Shown: positions 40,401-52,490 of the stretch, piece after piece
How positions within the stretch are numbered: the first letter of the stretch is position 1
Layout: every line of letters begins with the position of its first letter
DNA from: Macrostomum hystrix
Taxonomy: Eukaryota; Animalia; Platyhelminthes
Length of the DNA stretch: 64,000 nucleotides
Direction: 5' to 3'
Assembly (NCBI GenBank): GCA_950097015.1
Contig: CATNEN010000039.1
Coordinates: forward strand, 12,896,001-12,960,000
The notes under the pieces: generated by a model
What the model saw: only the letters and a program-made list of their open reading frames with translations
The model's database searches: none
What the model was told of the DNA's origin: nothing
Made by a program: the position numbers and the translations under genes

Positions 40401-41274
40401 GGTGCGTAAAGCTCTGTCAGGACAAGCGGTTTAAATTTGCCGGCCTGCAGAACGGCAAGGAGTGCTGGTGCGGCCAGCAGTTCGGCAGATACGGCCCAGG
40501 ACAGGACAGCAGCTGCGACAAGAACTGCGCCGGCGACGCCACGAAGAAGTGCGGCGGCGACTGGCACAACTCGGTGTACACCACTTCTCTGGAGAGTGAG
40601 TGCTCAGGATTCGGGTTAGGGTGGAAATCGGTTGGGGGGGGTCAGTGGCAGAGCGGTCTAACGCGTTTGCCTCTCGTGCCAAGGTCCCTAAGTTCGATTC
40701 CGCGGCGAGGCCGAGTCATAGCACATGTACACACTTGTGTGAGCGTATGCCTGAGCATGGTATCTGTGTGCGTGTGTGCTCAGGAGTCAGCGAATTGGGC
40801 CGAATTGCCTCCTCGCTGGCTGCGGGTCTAGTGTCACCAAATGATGTGCCATTGCCCGCAGCCCTCCTGCAATTGTTATTATTATAGGGTGGAAATCGTC
40901 ACAAAACAATTAAATGGCAGTTAATAACGGTTGGGACTGTTTAAAACTATCAATTTAGTATTTTCTTATGCGGCTGCTTTACTGTAGACTGTAGAGTCAA
41001 TGTCAATCTTTATGTAAGGACAGTTTTAAAGTTTCGATGCATCGAACTCCACTGTTTTCTGGCGTTCAAAAAGTATAGAAATGGAACAACAAACGAAACC
41101 TAAAATACCCTAAATTGCAGATCTGCAGGGCATCTCCTACGTGGTGGCTGGACCTACTCAGGTGACTATCACCTCGTCGGAGTCTGGTAAGTGAATCAAC
41201 TAGCTGAGGTTCCCAGATTGTAATTGGCTGACGATAATGAAATTTTATTTTCAGTGGTCCAACAGAAGAAGTGA
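31468..41274 (+). CDS. Secreted multi-WSC-domain protein, paralog 2 (13 WSC domains)
   Basis: Signal peptide MRSAFSVLAAVCLLATMSLPDSVFS. Thirteen WSC exons colinear domain-for-domain with paralog 1. Terminal exons give ...LQGISYVVAGPTQVTITSSES|VVQQKK* with TGA at 41272-41274. Confidence 0.92.
31648..32000 (+). mobile_element. SINE family A copy (intron 1 of WSC paralog 2)
   Basis: Full head and body; short flanking repeat ATTCTCA. Confidence 0.87.
38363..38560 (-). mobile_element. SINE family B copy
   Basis: Reverse complement has GGTTCAATTCCCGACTCC, CAAGACACCTAA, CACCCAGC, CAGTCCATGGACTGAACAGC. Confidence 0.75.
40631..40884 (+). mobile_element. SINE family A copy with internal deletion and 14-bp TSD
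   Basis: TAGGGTGGAAATCG at 40617-40630 and 40885-40898; tRNA head and TTA tail retained, mid-body missing. Confidence 0.88.
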
Positions 41275-42262
41275 ACCGGAGTAGATTATGTGACATCCTA
41301 GTGGACTCTTCTTTGCACTTTCATTTTGGTGTCGGACAAAAAACGGATAATTTGTCAGCCTTGAAACGCGGAAAATATAATATCAATATGGAAACATAAC
41401 TTTACTGTACTCATAGAACTCTTTACTTTTTGTGTTTTTCTCGTTACAAAAAGCATGCCTACGAGCTAAAAACGTGCAGAAAGATGCAATCGTGGAGCTG
41501 CTAGCCTAGTGGTAATAGCAATAGACTTCTGATTGAAAGGTCAGGAGTTCAATTCTCAGCCTAAAGGAGACAAATTTGGTACTTGGGCAACATAATTGAC
41601 TCTCAAATGCTTTAGCTAACCTGTTGAAAGGGGGCCAGAATTAGCTGAGGTATAAACCCTGCTCACGGGTTAAACAGTTGTATATGCGCGGTTGCGGTTG
41701 GCTTTACATTGGCCCCACTCGAAACAAAAGTTCTAATAAAATATTGACAGTATGTATGCAAATCATCATGGCCAAAACCTGAAGTTCGCTTTTTCATCGT
41801 CTTTATACACTCTACACGATTCTACTGCGTATATTTAAATTTAGACCCGATAGTTTATTAGGATAGTACTCCATGATTTCCTGAAAATTCGCTCTTCAAT
41901 AGCAATGCCGAGCACTTGACTTGTGACAAAGTTTCTTCTCTCGGGAAGCTCGACCTGAGTCTGACATGAGATGAGGTTGTGAGCTGGGGAAGCCCCTAGC
42001 CAATAAACACTCATACTTCTCAGTTTAGTATGGATTATGAAATATAGAAACCCGAGCTTTTAACCTACTCGTACATCGGCTTCTGCGCGAGCGTATTCTA
42101 CTGGGAGAAGCTCAGGTCCGATTGCCATCCGATCCTGTACCGCTCGATGCACAGACATGAACTTAAATTGCTAAGTACAAGCTTGTATATTTAACGAAAT
42201 TGAGCAGACTCAATCTAAAGTTATCAATTTCTGAAGGTCATCGAAAGCCGTCATCAATTTAA

Positions 42263-42752
42263 CATTATAGGACTACCAAGCCATTTTGCCGACCGTTTTT
42301 ATACCAAGGGGGAATATTTTGGCAGCGCCCGAATGCTAACAGCGTTGGGTGGTGACTGATTGGCTGCAGACTAAACGATGGTGTCCTGTGGTTGAGCTGC
42401 GCCTAATATTTTGGCTTCATCAATGAAATTGGAGAAATTCGCGTCAGGGTGTCCATAGTGGCCTAGTTCCTGTTGTAGCCCTTGAAGGTCCAGCAGTCCG
42501 TCTAGATAGACCGCCGAAGACGGAGATGATGCAGGCACATTCGGGTGACACAAGCTGATAGATTTTGAGGGCCTGGCAAGGCCGCACTGAGGCGCAGTGC
42601 TAATTCGTGAATAGGGGTGGGTGTATGAAATATACTAGCGCTTATGGGAAATCAGACCTTCGGCCAGAACCATTGAATATCTCGACGGTCTAAAGAGCTG
42701 GCGACTTGATTCTTTTATTCAGAAGATGCGTAACAAAAAGTTGGCCGTGTGC
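42263..42752. mobile_element. Partial copy of the TTAA-flanked palindromic transposon family
   Basis: TTAA then ..AGGACTACCAAGCCATTTT..TATACCAAGGGGG terminus, plus an arm matching 16390-16660. Confidence 0.78.
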
Positions 42753-43686
42753 TAGAAGAAGCTGGTTTTCCTGGAGACAATTTTAGTTTGCAGTTCGAAA
42801 CATTATTATTGAAAAAGTAATTCTAAACCTAAAAGCCTCGAATTGACTACATTATCGGCGAATGAATTTGCAATTCGAATGGCAATGTGGTGGCGAATTA
42901 TTGGAGCACACGAGTCTGATAAACTCGTCCCCGACATCATTCCTAGTCCGCCCAGATCGATTAGGGGAGAGCAACGGGGCAACACCCAGATAATTGGCAT
43001 GTACTCTAGTGCTCTCCTGAGATCTTTACAAGGTCTGTCCGGCTAGCCACTAGTCTACCAGTGATTTGCCACATTTCTAATGGACTGCGCCCTCAACAGC
43101 TGAGCTAAATGCAATCTTATTATCGCAACAGAACCCTATTCTCTATGCAGCTCTCATCTTACGGATTTCATCCCTTTTCCATCACGTCGCTCTTTTAGGC
43201 CTATAGCCCGATACAAGGTTCAGTTTGTGAAGAGCTAGCCCCATTAACCCATGCGAATATTTTACTATTGACTGATGTGCAACAATGCATCTGCATCAAG
43301 GAACTGACGGCCTTGTTATTCGGCCAGCTAATGACTTGAAGTAGCTGCTGGTATTCTTGCAACAGAGATCATCTTAGACCATTAAAATACACGTCGACAC
43401 TATAGCCACTGCTATTGCTCTGTTGTTCAGTCGATAAACTTGGGTGCGCCACTGCACCTTCGAATTGCAGCTAATGCTAAGAATCTATTTTACCACGGTT
43501 TCTTTTGGGAGAGATTCGATCTAACGAACTTGTCAGTCAGAAAATTGTAATTTTTTTAATCATGACCATTACAGCGCTATAGCATTAATCATTGGGTGTC
43601 AATGTTATTACCATACATTACATAATACCGCGATATCGATCGCTAAGAATTGCTATGCACTTTAAACTATGGTTTTTAGTCTACTT

Positions 43687-43908
43687 TCTTCCTGGGAGTC
43701 ATACCTGGGGGTCATACGTGGGTCATACTTAGGAGTCACACTTAGGTCATACTTGGGAGTCACACTTGGGTCATACTCGGGAGTCACACTTGGGTCATAC
43801 TTGGGAGTCACACTTGGGTCATACTTGGGAGTCACACTTGGGTCATACTCGGGAGTCACATTTGGGTCATACTCGGGAGTCACACTTGGGTCATACCTGG
43901 GAGTCACA
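43687..43908. repeat. 24-bp minisatellite (GGGTCATACTYGGGAGTCACACTT), ~9 copies
   Basis: Tandem units with internal 12-bp half-periodicity. Confidence 0.92.
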
Positions 43909-46262
43909 GAAACAATGGAGTGCCACTCGAGGCCCTTTCAGTGCAAAATAACTGTAGCAGATCATTTATTATGTACAAATACAGGGCAGCAATGTACGTC
44001 ACATATAGAAATTAACGATAAACTTACGACAAAAAAACGTTTGAAAATCCCCCTCTATCAAGCGAAGTTGCCCTATAGTCCTCTTCTTGCAAGGCACTCC
44101 ACCGCTATTGGCTCGAAGTGCCCCCATCCAATGCCAGGCAGCACTAAATCTGAGCGATCTCAAGAGCTCCATAAACAGCCGCAGCGACTGCACAGCATCG
44201 ACTCAATAGCTAAAGTTAGCTACATTCAGAGAGCCGCTGTGGTAACCGCCGCATTCCAAGGCCAACTCAAGCCAGTTCAAAGCGCAGATCGGACAGTCTG
44301 AGTTGGATATTTAATCAAGTAGTCGAGCGAGAACAGCTCTACCCAGGTCCGACAGCTGACAGGTAAAATTGATCTGCCAACACGCTACTGAGCAATCTGC
44401 GGTCCGCTAGATATCTCTCCACTAGTCTCACTTAGCCTTTTCAATATCGCGCGACACAGTGTGCCTCCGTCCGAAACACGAAGCGAATTGATTGATCTGA
44501 GAACCCAGCCGTTGGGTGGATGAGGCAGGGGGCAGCGGGTGAGTCAAACCGACCAGATTTTGAGCAGTTTAACAGAGGCCGGGAGGATGGAACCAGAGAG
44601 GCGAATGAAAAAAAGTCAGAAAAGGAAGCCGGGCAAAAGTTAACTTCAGGATGCGGGCATCAAGAGCTTCACCCGGGCGAATGAAGCCCTCATCCCCACC
44701 TCAATTCTGCTTCAAGCTAAAAAAACTAGCCAAGGCAATTTGATTGCCAAAACTAATCGATATTTCTTCAAGTCAAGCAGTTTAAACTGTCCGGCAACTG
44801 CATCCTCAATGCTGGAGAATTATTTGAGCTCTTTTTGATGCCCGTTTGCTGCGAGCTCAAATGCGAAGCGATGGCCCGTAATGTCAACATTCTTCTAGCC
44901 ATCAATTCGTATCCGCAATTGAAGTGATTTGATCTGGCCCTACAAATTAGCAACTTCTTGGTGCGGCTTGGAGATTAAATTTTTTTCCTTCGGAAGAAGC
45001 TTTTTAAAGTTATTCGAACTCCAGACCTCTTACGCCAGACATCCAAAGCTCCAACCGCAGACTGTGCATAAGTTACAGCTCTACGTCATTATGCACAGTA
45101 GAACTTCCTTAGATACCGTGGGGGCGTCATTGGTTACAAAAGAGCTATATCTAATCTATATCTGATGTCTAATAAGCGATTTCGAATCATCTTAATTATG
45201 AGCGACTTACTCCCTTTAGTTAGGATTGACTTTGGAAAAGTCTGTGGCAAGTTTTCTTACCTATACTACAGGACGGCATCCTAATTGCATCCTCTATTGT
45301 CAGAAATTTCTTCAAGTTGTCTTTCTTTAAATTGAGGGATGCGAAATTGCAGCCATTCTTCCTCTCTCATTTTGTCTTCTTTTGAAGGCGCATCATTATG
45401 CAAATTCCCTGCAATGCCCTTTCCTATTTCCCATTCTCGTCTCGCTCACTTTCCCACGCAGCACCAGCCCTGCTCAAACTGCTGAGTAGGCGAGGTGGAG
45501 CGCAGGGCACCCGCTGAAAATTTAGTGCGCAGCTCGGCGTGAAATTTAGTGCCTCAGAGCGCGTAAAAACACGATTCTTTGACAGGTCTCCCAGGGCTAG
45601 AATAAAATATCCTCATTTACGAGTGTTTTATGGAAATCTCCCACCTGCGTTTTTATTTCTAAATCGCCCAGTTCCTTCCTGTCTATTGGCTACTAGTCGA
45701 GACAGGAGGCAAGGCTAAATGGTGCGCGCGGGGAAATCGATTCACAATCAATGGATCATTGGGAATTTTATGACTGCTAAAAGAAGGAGCCAAATAGACG
45801 CCATAGAGACAGTTTGGGTGCACCGTCACGGACGAAGGTGCGCACACAGGGAAATGTTGACACTGGGGAGCAGAAGGGCAGGCGCCTCAATTTAAAAGCC
45901 ATCCAGACAGACTCTAGAGACCTCGCAGACTCCATCTGAGGGGTGAAGCGGTTCGCGGGTTGAAGCTCTCGGCACCGGGCCTCTGGGCCAACCGGTTTTC
46001 GATTGGGGGCCAAAAGTGGCTCGTTAAATCTCACGCAGTCTGGCCAGCATAGAGTCCAGATAAGGGAAAAGAAGCTGCTGTATTGAGCACACTTTCTTAA
46101 AGTAAGAGTTCCTCCGATGTGCTGGCTTATAGGATCTATAGCTACTGTACTTTGAGCTTCATCTGAAGTCCGAAAATATTCCTAGAGCTTTTATTATCAG
46201 CCTAAAAACTTACAGCTTAAAAAATCTAGTTTGTTTGAATTCTAAGCTCATTTGGCCAGAGC

Positions 46263-46515
46263 GATGAGACACGAAAGAAGAGACGGGAGATATGAGACGT
46301 GGGCGATATGAGACAGGGGAGAGATAAGACACAGGAGAGATGAGACAGGGAGAGATAAGGCGGACGAGAGATGAGACACGGGAGAGATGAGACAATGAGA
46401 GATGAGACAGGGAGAGATAAGACGGACGAGAGATGATACAGTGGAGAGGTGATAAGCGGGAAGGATAATAAATGTGAGACATGAGAAAGAGGAGAGATGA
46501 GACGACAGAGATAAG
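46263..46515. repeat. GA-rich low-complexity repeat (GAGATGAGAC/GAGATAAG units)
   Basis: Degenerate tandem purine-rich tract. Confidence 0.75.
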
Positions 46516-47022
46516 AAAGGGTTTAGTGGATGCTGAAGATTATAAAGGAGCTCTAAATGCTGACTGCGAAACGGAAGTTATCGTCCCTGCACGAAGATAA
46601 CTTTGAAGATAAAAACTCAGGGCAGCCACCCCCAGAAGAGTATGTGAGATACTGTTGCGAACTCCGCGTGGTTGATTAGATGACAGTGGCTGCAGGTTGG
46701 CTGCCACTAAAAGTAGCACTAGTTTTCCCACCACACTGCAAACAGACTTCAAAGAGACAATTTCAGCGACCTCGGAGAGCACACATTATGCATCATTCTG
46801 GTTACCAAGGCTTAGCAACCATCGCGAGTTTATGTTCGTAATAGAAAATGAAATAAAAGGCAGTCTATCTCATAAATTTCCGATATGATTTATGACTCGC
46901 GATCCTGTTAGACCGCGCGTCGGATATTGTGGATTTCATATGTTACCGCCCCATATGAAAGCCGGTGCCGGGGGCAGAAAAATGCCCTTTATAAATAAAT
47001 AACACCCCATGGCTATTCTAAC

Positions 47023-47958
47023 CACAGATTCTATATTACCTAGATTGGTCACTCATCGAATTTGCAATAGAAACTGCGTCCGCCAGCCGTCTGCCGCGAA
47101 AACCCAGAGTTTTGCCCATAGACAGTTAGACAGATAGAAAATTTATTTGATGGTCTATCGCTCGCTCAAAACTCGCTGGCTGTGAGCTTCTGCTTCGCAC
47201 GTTAGCCATGGAGCTGATCATCAACCGTCTTAGTAGCCACGCTTGTTGTGCAGCTGCCTGCTATACTACAGAGGACACTCTAGCTTCAGTGCATGGATTT
47301 GCAATCCATCTACACAAATTTCCAAGCGATGACCAGGTAGCAGTTCGTTGGATAGAGATACTTGAATTACGCGATGTTGACTTGAATTTTGTGCGGCAGC
47401 GGAGGCTGAAAGTGTGCAGTCTGCATTTTAAAGAAACCGATTACTCCTGCCCACTACACGAACGACGTTCAGCTCGACTTAGAAAAGATTCCCTTCCAAA
47501 TCCCTACACTTTTCCACCACGCTTCGAGAAGGAATCGGTTGAAGTCGAGCCGCGACCAGACCACATTGCTGACAACATGTATCCACCAGTACTGCATCGT
47601 GAAGACACGTACGCTGTCGAGATGCCTGAGCTACACGCAATGCCAGCCGACGCTCAGGATAAAACTGGTTCAGAAGATAGGGCAACAAACAACCGCAACG
47701 AAGTTCGAAAGGAGCGGAAGAAACAGCGGGATAGAGCTCGATATCGAGATGGAGTCATCAAGAGATTAAAGCAGAAGCTTCAAAGAGCTTCAACTGCCAC
47801 TTCTGAACAGCAGAAAGTTGCAACACGCCGAATTCGAAATCGCGGTATGCACTGGAATCGCAAGCAGGTGCGAGAAGCCATTGTGATTCACCACTTGAGT
47901 TTTCGATGAACGAACGATTTCTCTTGGAGTGACCAATCTAGGTAATATAGAATCTGTG
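47023..47958 (+). mobile_element. Internally deleted P-superfamily DNA transposon (936 bp)
   Basis: Perfect 32-bp TIRs CACAGATTCTATATTACCTAGATTGGTCACTC (47023-47054, 47927-47958); 8-bp TSD ATTCTAAC (47015-47022, 47959-47966); contains a THAP ORF. Confidence 0.92.
47208..47909 (+). CDS. THAP-domain + coiled-coil protein (N-terminal part of a P-type transposase), 233 aa
   Basis: C2CH THAP motif CCAAAC...HKFP...W...VCSLHF...LRKDSLP, a basic coiled-coil region, and GMHW..AIVIHHLS resembling the start of the P transposase core. No catalytic region. Confidence 0.85.
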   Translation: MELIINRLSSHACCAAACYTTEDTLASVHGFAIHLHKFPSDDQVAVRWIEILELRDVDLNFVRQRRLKVCSLHFKETDYSCPLHERRSARLRKDSLPNPYTFPPRFEKESVEVEPRPDHIADNMYPPVLHREDTYAVEMPELHAMPADAQDKTGSEDRATNNRNEVRKERKKQRDRARYRDGVIKRLKQKLQRASTATSEQQKVATRRIRNRGMHWNRKQVREAIVIHHLSFR

Positions 47959-49924
47959 ATTCTAACTGCTACCTTTAGAAGTTTCAGCTTACATTGTAGA
48001 ATTTAATAATAGCATATTTAACGACAAAAATTTATTAGAAAATAAATCATTTAATAAGCAATGAGTTAGATAAACGACGCCTATTAAAGAAGGGAAAACA
48101 TGAGCGTAAAGGGACGAGGAAGCTTTTGCCTGCTGTGGGGAAGCTGGGACTGAGACAGGGCAGCAAAACTGACAGGCCCAATTTGTCTGGCAGCCTCCAG
48201 TGAATGATTCATGTCACTAAACTGACAATGGGCTGAGGAGCTGTCGGCGTCTGTCTGGCTGGCTAAGTGGAAAGTTTGCGGCATTCATCTGGGGCCTTTC
48301 ACTTGCCGGCCTATTTGCCCACGGGTCAGGGAGTGGTGATGGCTGCCTGCTCTGCGACGTTACCGCTGTACTGGCTGGCAGCTGAAACTAGAGAATTCAG
48401 GACGCCGTCAGGACCGTCTTGGCGCCAGAGTGCTGATGGCTCAGGCCCAGTAAGAAGAGATGTAAAGCGAGCTGCAGGATCTGGGTGTGAGCAGACTTAA
48501 GTCTGACGATGGTGCGGGCTCCAAGCTGCTTAATAATTAATCCGGCTAAGTCGCCATCTGCTTGCTGCGCGCTTGCGCCAAGTCTCGGTGGCTGGGACAG
48601 GGGGAATCAGAGCAAAAATCTCAGCAATAACAGAGAACTGTTGGGGCTAGGGAGGCCGGAACGCGTTAGAGGCTAGTTCCACTGGGTTGCTCGTCCAGCT
48701 TCGCTTCATGCTCTTCATCATCTGGCCGTCTCGCCGCCTGTAACAATGGAAGAACGAGGAAGGGAGTGCAAAAAACTTCACTTCTCTTGGTTGTGGAAGT
48801 TTCCAGCTAGCGGGCAGGTGTCGCTGGGAGAAAAGTTACTGCCGGGGTGTCGCGTTCGCTCACGAACTCAGCCCGTGGCGGATAAGGAATTATTAGGGTG
48901 GAGAGAAGAGAGACGCCCAGTTGGCGAGAAGAGTTAAGAGCTGTCGTGACATCCGTCTTCTCTTCTCGATGCGTTCCCAGGCCCAGCGCGATAGCGGTAG
49001 AGTGGGCTTTGAAATCGCATCGTAAGAATCCCCGTTGCGGCATCATTTGCTTCCCACTACTCTTCCCCGAGCTCTCGGACTTTGATTTTGATTGACGGCC
49101 CTCTTAATTTCCAACGGACCGCCGAGAAAAGGTCTCGCGATCGCCCACGCAGGTCCATACTCCAAAAAAGCCCGCTAGTGTTGACCATACGGCCTCTGAG
49201 AGTGACATGCCAGGTGTTTTGATTTGATGCAGCGGAGAAAGCGCGCTAGTAAAAGTTATTTGGCTTCGACACTTTCTGGCGAAGCGGAGAAACGCTAGGA
49301 TCTCGGGGCAGTCACGAAGAGCAATTAGGTTGGGATTGGCTTTTATAATTTGACTTTTCAGGGCGCTGCAAACTCCGGGCCTGCCATCTAGCCGCTCTCT
49401 TACATATGCCTGCTTATCTGTGCTAATTAAATCAAAGCCACAGTGCCGCAAATATGGAAGTCCTCGCACGTCGGATGTTCCGACCCTCGGTCTAATGATG
49501 GCCACCTAATGAAGTGGCTTCGACCGGGGCACTTTCATCTTTCCTCATATCTGCCTGCTGGAATCTGCGGGAGACTTTGTTGCGGACTGAGCCACGGCAG
49601 AGGAACTTTCCTCCGGTTGCCTGAGACGGAATCTCTAAGCGCACTTAAGTGGCGACGCAGTTGAAGTAGATATCGGGCTGCCGATCTACCACGGAAGCTC
49701 CGGGGATCTAATAATTTGAGCAATGGAAAATTTACTCTTTGCAATGGAAATAGTATTGCAGAGTACTTTAGTTGACGAGAATTGAGCAGATATGATTTGG
49801 GAAATCGTAAACATTCAGACTTGCTTCTAGGATTGCTGCTTCTAAAAGAACCTCACACTGAAATAAACTTTAAATTCAATTCTAGACATAATCGACTGCC
49901 TCCATCGGAAGCGCGCTAGTTGCC

Positions 49925-50815
49925 ATGGAGACAACCGCAGAAATCGTTTCTACGAGCGCCGCTCCTGTCGAAGCCGGTGCAGAAATCGATCGAACGATCC
50001 GGCTGATCTCCTATGCCGAGCTCGTCACGATCAGCATCATCGGCACCATCGGCAACTCCGTGGTGCTCTACGTCTACTCTCAGAAAAAGGACAAGCAGAC
50101 TGCCAATATCTTCATCCTCTCTTTAGCCGCCTCCGACATGATCGCCTGCACCCTGGTGATTCCGATGACTCTCTTTATGGAGCTAGCTGACTTTCGCACC
50201 CACCTGATTGTCTGCAAGCTCTACTACCTGGTGAATGCTAGTGGCATTCCGTTCAGCTGCATGCTGATGTCTGCCATCGCCGTGGATCGCTACTTCTGCA
50301 TCTGTCGTCCGTTCCTGCGCGCAATCACTCTGCCCCGCGCCCGTGCGATCGTGCTCAGCCTTGGCGGCCTGGCGCTGTCTCTGGGGATCACCACGGCAGC
50401 CTTCTGCAGCGGGGTGGTCGCTCAGACCGGACCGAATAGCACCTGGGAATACGCCAGCCAGGGCCAGTGCAAAGAAATTAACGACATCAACAAGCTGAAC
50501 GCTAGCGCTCTACATGTTTCAGAGGCCAGTCTGGCTTTCTTCCACGTGTTCCAGCGGGTTCATGTATCATTGTTTGGCATCTGCATATCGCTGGTAGTTG
50601 CTCTCTACATTTGCATCTATCGCTCTGTGCTAGCAATGCGACGGAAGCGTCGCGAACTGAAAGGCCACCAGCGGCTCAATCCTAGACGCTCTGCAACAGG
50701 AGAAGAGGCGCCGGCCGCTTCTACTCCGGCGGCTGATTCGGCTGACGTTGTAGCTGCAGCCACACCGGCTTCGACAGAGATTTCTCCAAGCGATGAAGCC
50801 AATCGAAACCTTGAT

Positions 50816-50846
<31 letters not shown>

Positions 50847-51187
50847 CGCTAAAGCTGCCTTTGAAGAAAAGACGCCGGTCCGTTCTGCCATCGCGAGACA
50901 GCGACGCCATTCAGAATCTGAAAACGGCGGCCATGCTGTTCGTTGTAGCCGTGGTGTTTTCTTGCACATTCGTCCCGGCCGCTTTAATGATTGTCAACCT
51001 GGCACCGTTCAGCCTTCTGATCTTCTACCTGTACTACATGGCCCACGCCACGAACCCGATCATCTACTGCTTCATGAACCAGAACTTTCGCGACGATCTG
51101 CGTCGCATTTTCTGTCGCGAAGGCCGCGGTGCCGCAGCCGGGGCGGCTGGCGGGCCAAGAGCTGCTCTCACCCACGGCACCATTTAG
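49925..51187 (+). CDS. Class A (rhodopsin-like) GPCR, probably a peptide receptor, single coding exon
   Basis: TM1 GTIGN, TM2 LAASD, DRY motif (AVDRY), TM6 TFVP, TM7 NPIIY, helix 8 NFR; long ICL3 with polyQ. Confidence 0.93.
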
Positions 51188-51431
51188 CCAGCCACTAAGA
51201 ACGACCCTTGTAAATCGTTAAAGCATAGCCCATTAATTCACAGGTGACAGGCGAGAGGAAGTTTTTTATCTCACATAAGTGTAACGAGCAATGCTCGGTT
51301 TTTCTAGGAAGTAAAAGGCTAAAATTTTGTCATAAAATCGATTTTTTGTTTGAGATAAGCATATTGAGTCTTATAAGGTACGCATTTTGAGCTCTCAACT
51401 CATAAATTTCCAAATTGATGTGCATCATTTC

Positions 51432-52490
51432 GACTACCAAGTAGGACTACTTCGAATCCCATCAGCGTTGGGTGGTGACTGATTGGTTGACAGACTAGGT
51501 GATGGTGTCCTGTGGTTGAGCTGCGCCTAACAGTTTGGCTTGATCAGTGAAATAGGAGAAATTCGAATCAGGGTGTCCATAGTAGCCTAGTTCCACCTGT
51601 TGTAGCCCTTGAAGGTCCAGCAGTCCGTCTAGATAGTTGGTGACCGCCGAAGACGGAGATGATGCAGGCACGTTCATGGGGGCGAGTGGGTCAGCGGCTA
51701 GCGTCGCTGCCTCGCACTCCAATGGACGCTAGTTCGATTCTCCCTTCAAGTCACGATTAATTTCGGGACTTGTTGGAGGGTTTGGACAGTAGCGACCGGC
51801 GGGGGTGCACCATATATCGTGCAATCAAAGCTTGAAAAAATAGCTTCGCTCCTACCTTCTGTGTGCCTGTTCTGCGTTGTGTGAGTTGTGTGCGTTGGCG
51901 CTGGGGCGTGCGGCCTTGCGGGGGGTGGCTGGGGGGCGGGCGTACACCGCCGCGCGCTTTCTGGATTTCCGTCAGTGCGATTGGATAAGTGTACACTCAT
52001 CATTCGGCCCCCCCCCTGAGGACTGATTTCAAATCAGCCTTCCGCCCCGGCTTGGTCTGCTCTGTGCGTGTGGGGCTTGGTTGGGGGCACTGCTGCCTAT
52101 TCTGGGTGCCTCCTGCCCTCCCCGGCTGGTCTGTGCTGCTGCGTGTGGTGCCTGCTCAGGGGAGGCAGCGCGATGGGCGCTAAGCGCCTAGTTCGCTGGT
52201 TTGGAGGCGTGCCGCTCCGTCGCTTGTGCGACAAGTGCCCTGGGCCCCCTGCAAATAGATAGATAGATAGCAGGCAGGTTCGGGTGACAAGCTGATAGAT
52301 TTTGAAGGCCTGGCAAGGCCGCACTGAGGCGCAGTGCTAATTTGTGAATAGGAGTGTATGAAATACACTAGCGGTTATGGGAAATCAGACCTTCGGCCAG
52401 AACCATTGAATATCTCGACGGTCTAAAGAGCTGGCGACTTGATTCTTGTTTCAGAAGATGCGTATCAAAAAGTTGTCCGTGTGCTTGCCT
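51432..52490. mobile_element. Copy of the TTAA-family transposon interrupted by a SINE
   Basis: 51465-51675 and 52270-52485 match 42340-42750 contiguously once the insert is removed. Confidence 0.78.
51676..52269 (+). mobile_element. SINE family C (~590 bp; tRNA-like head, (ATAG)n tail)
   Basis: GGGGCGAGTGGGTCAGCGG...GTTCGATTCTCCC head, AATAGATAGATAGATAG tail, near-perfect TSD GCAGGCA(C/G)GTTC. Confidence 0.72.

Noticed and set aside
43662-44301. 210-aa and 81-aa repeat-containing ORFs
   Set aside because: Derived from the 24-bp minisatellite; the remainder has no domain or coding signature.
44400-49900. Numerous 60-130-aa ORFs upstream of the GPCR
   Set aside because: No domains or consistent exon chain apart from the THAP ORF; probably regulatory or UTR sequence.
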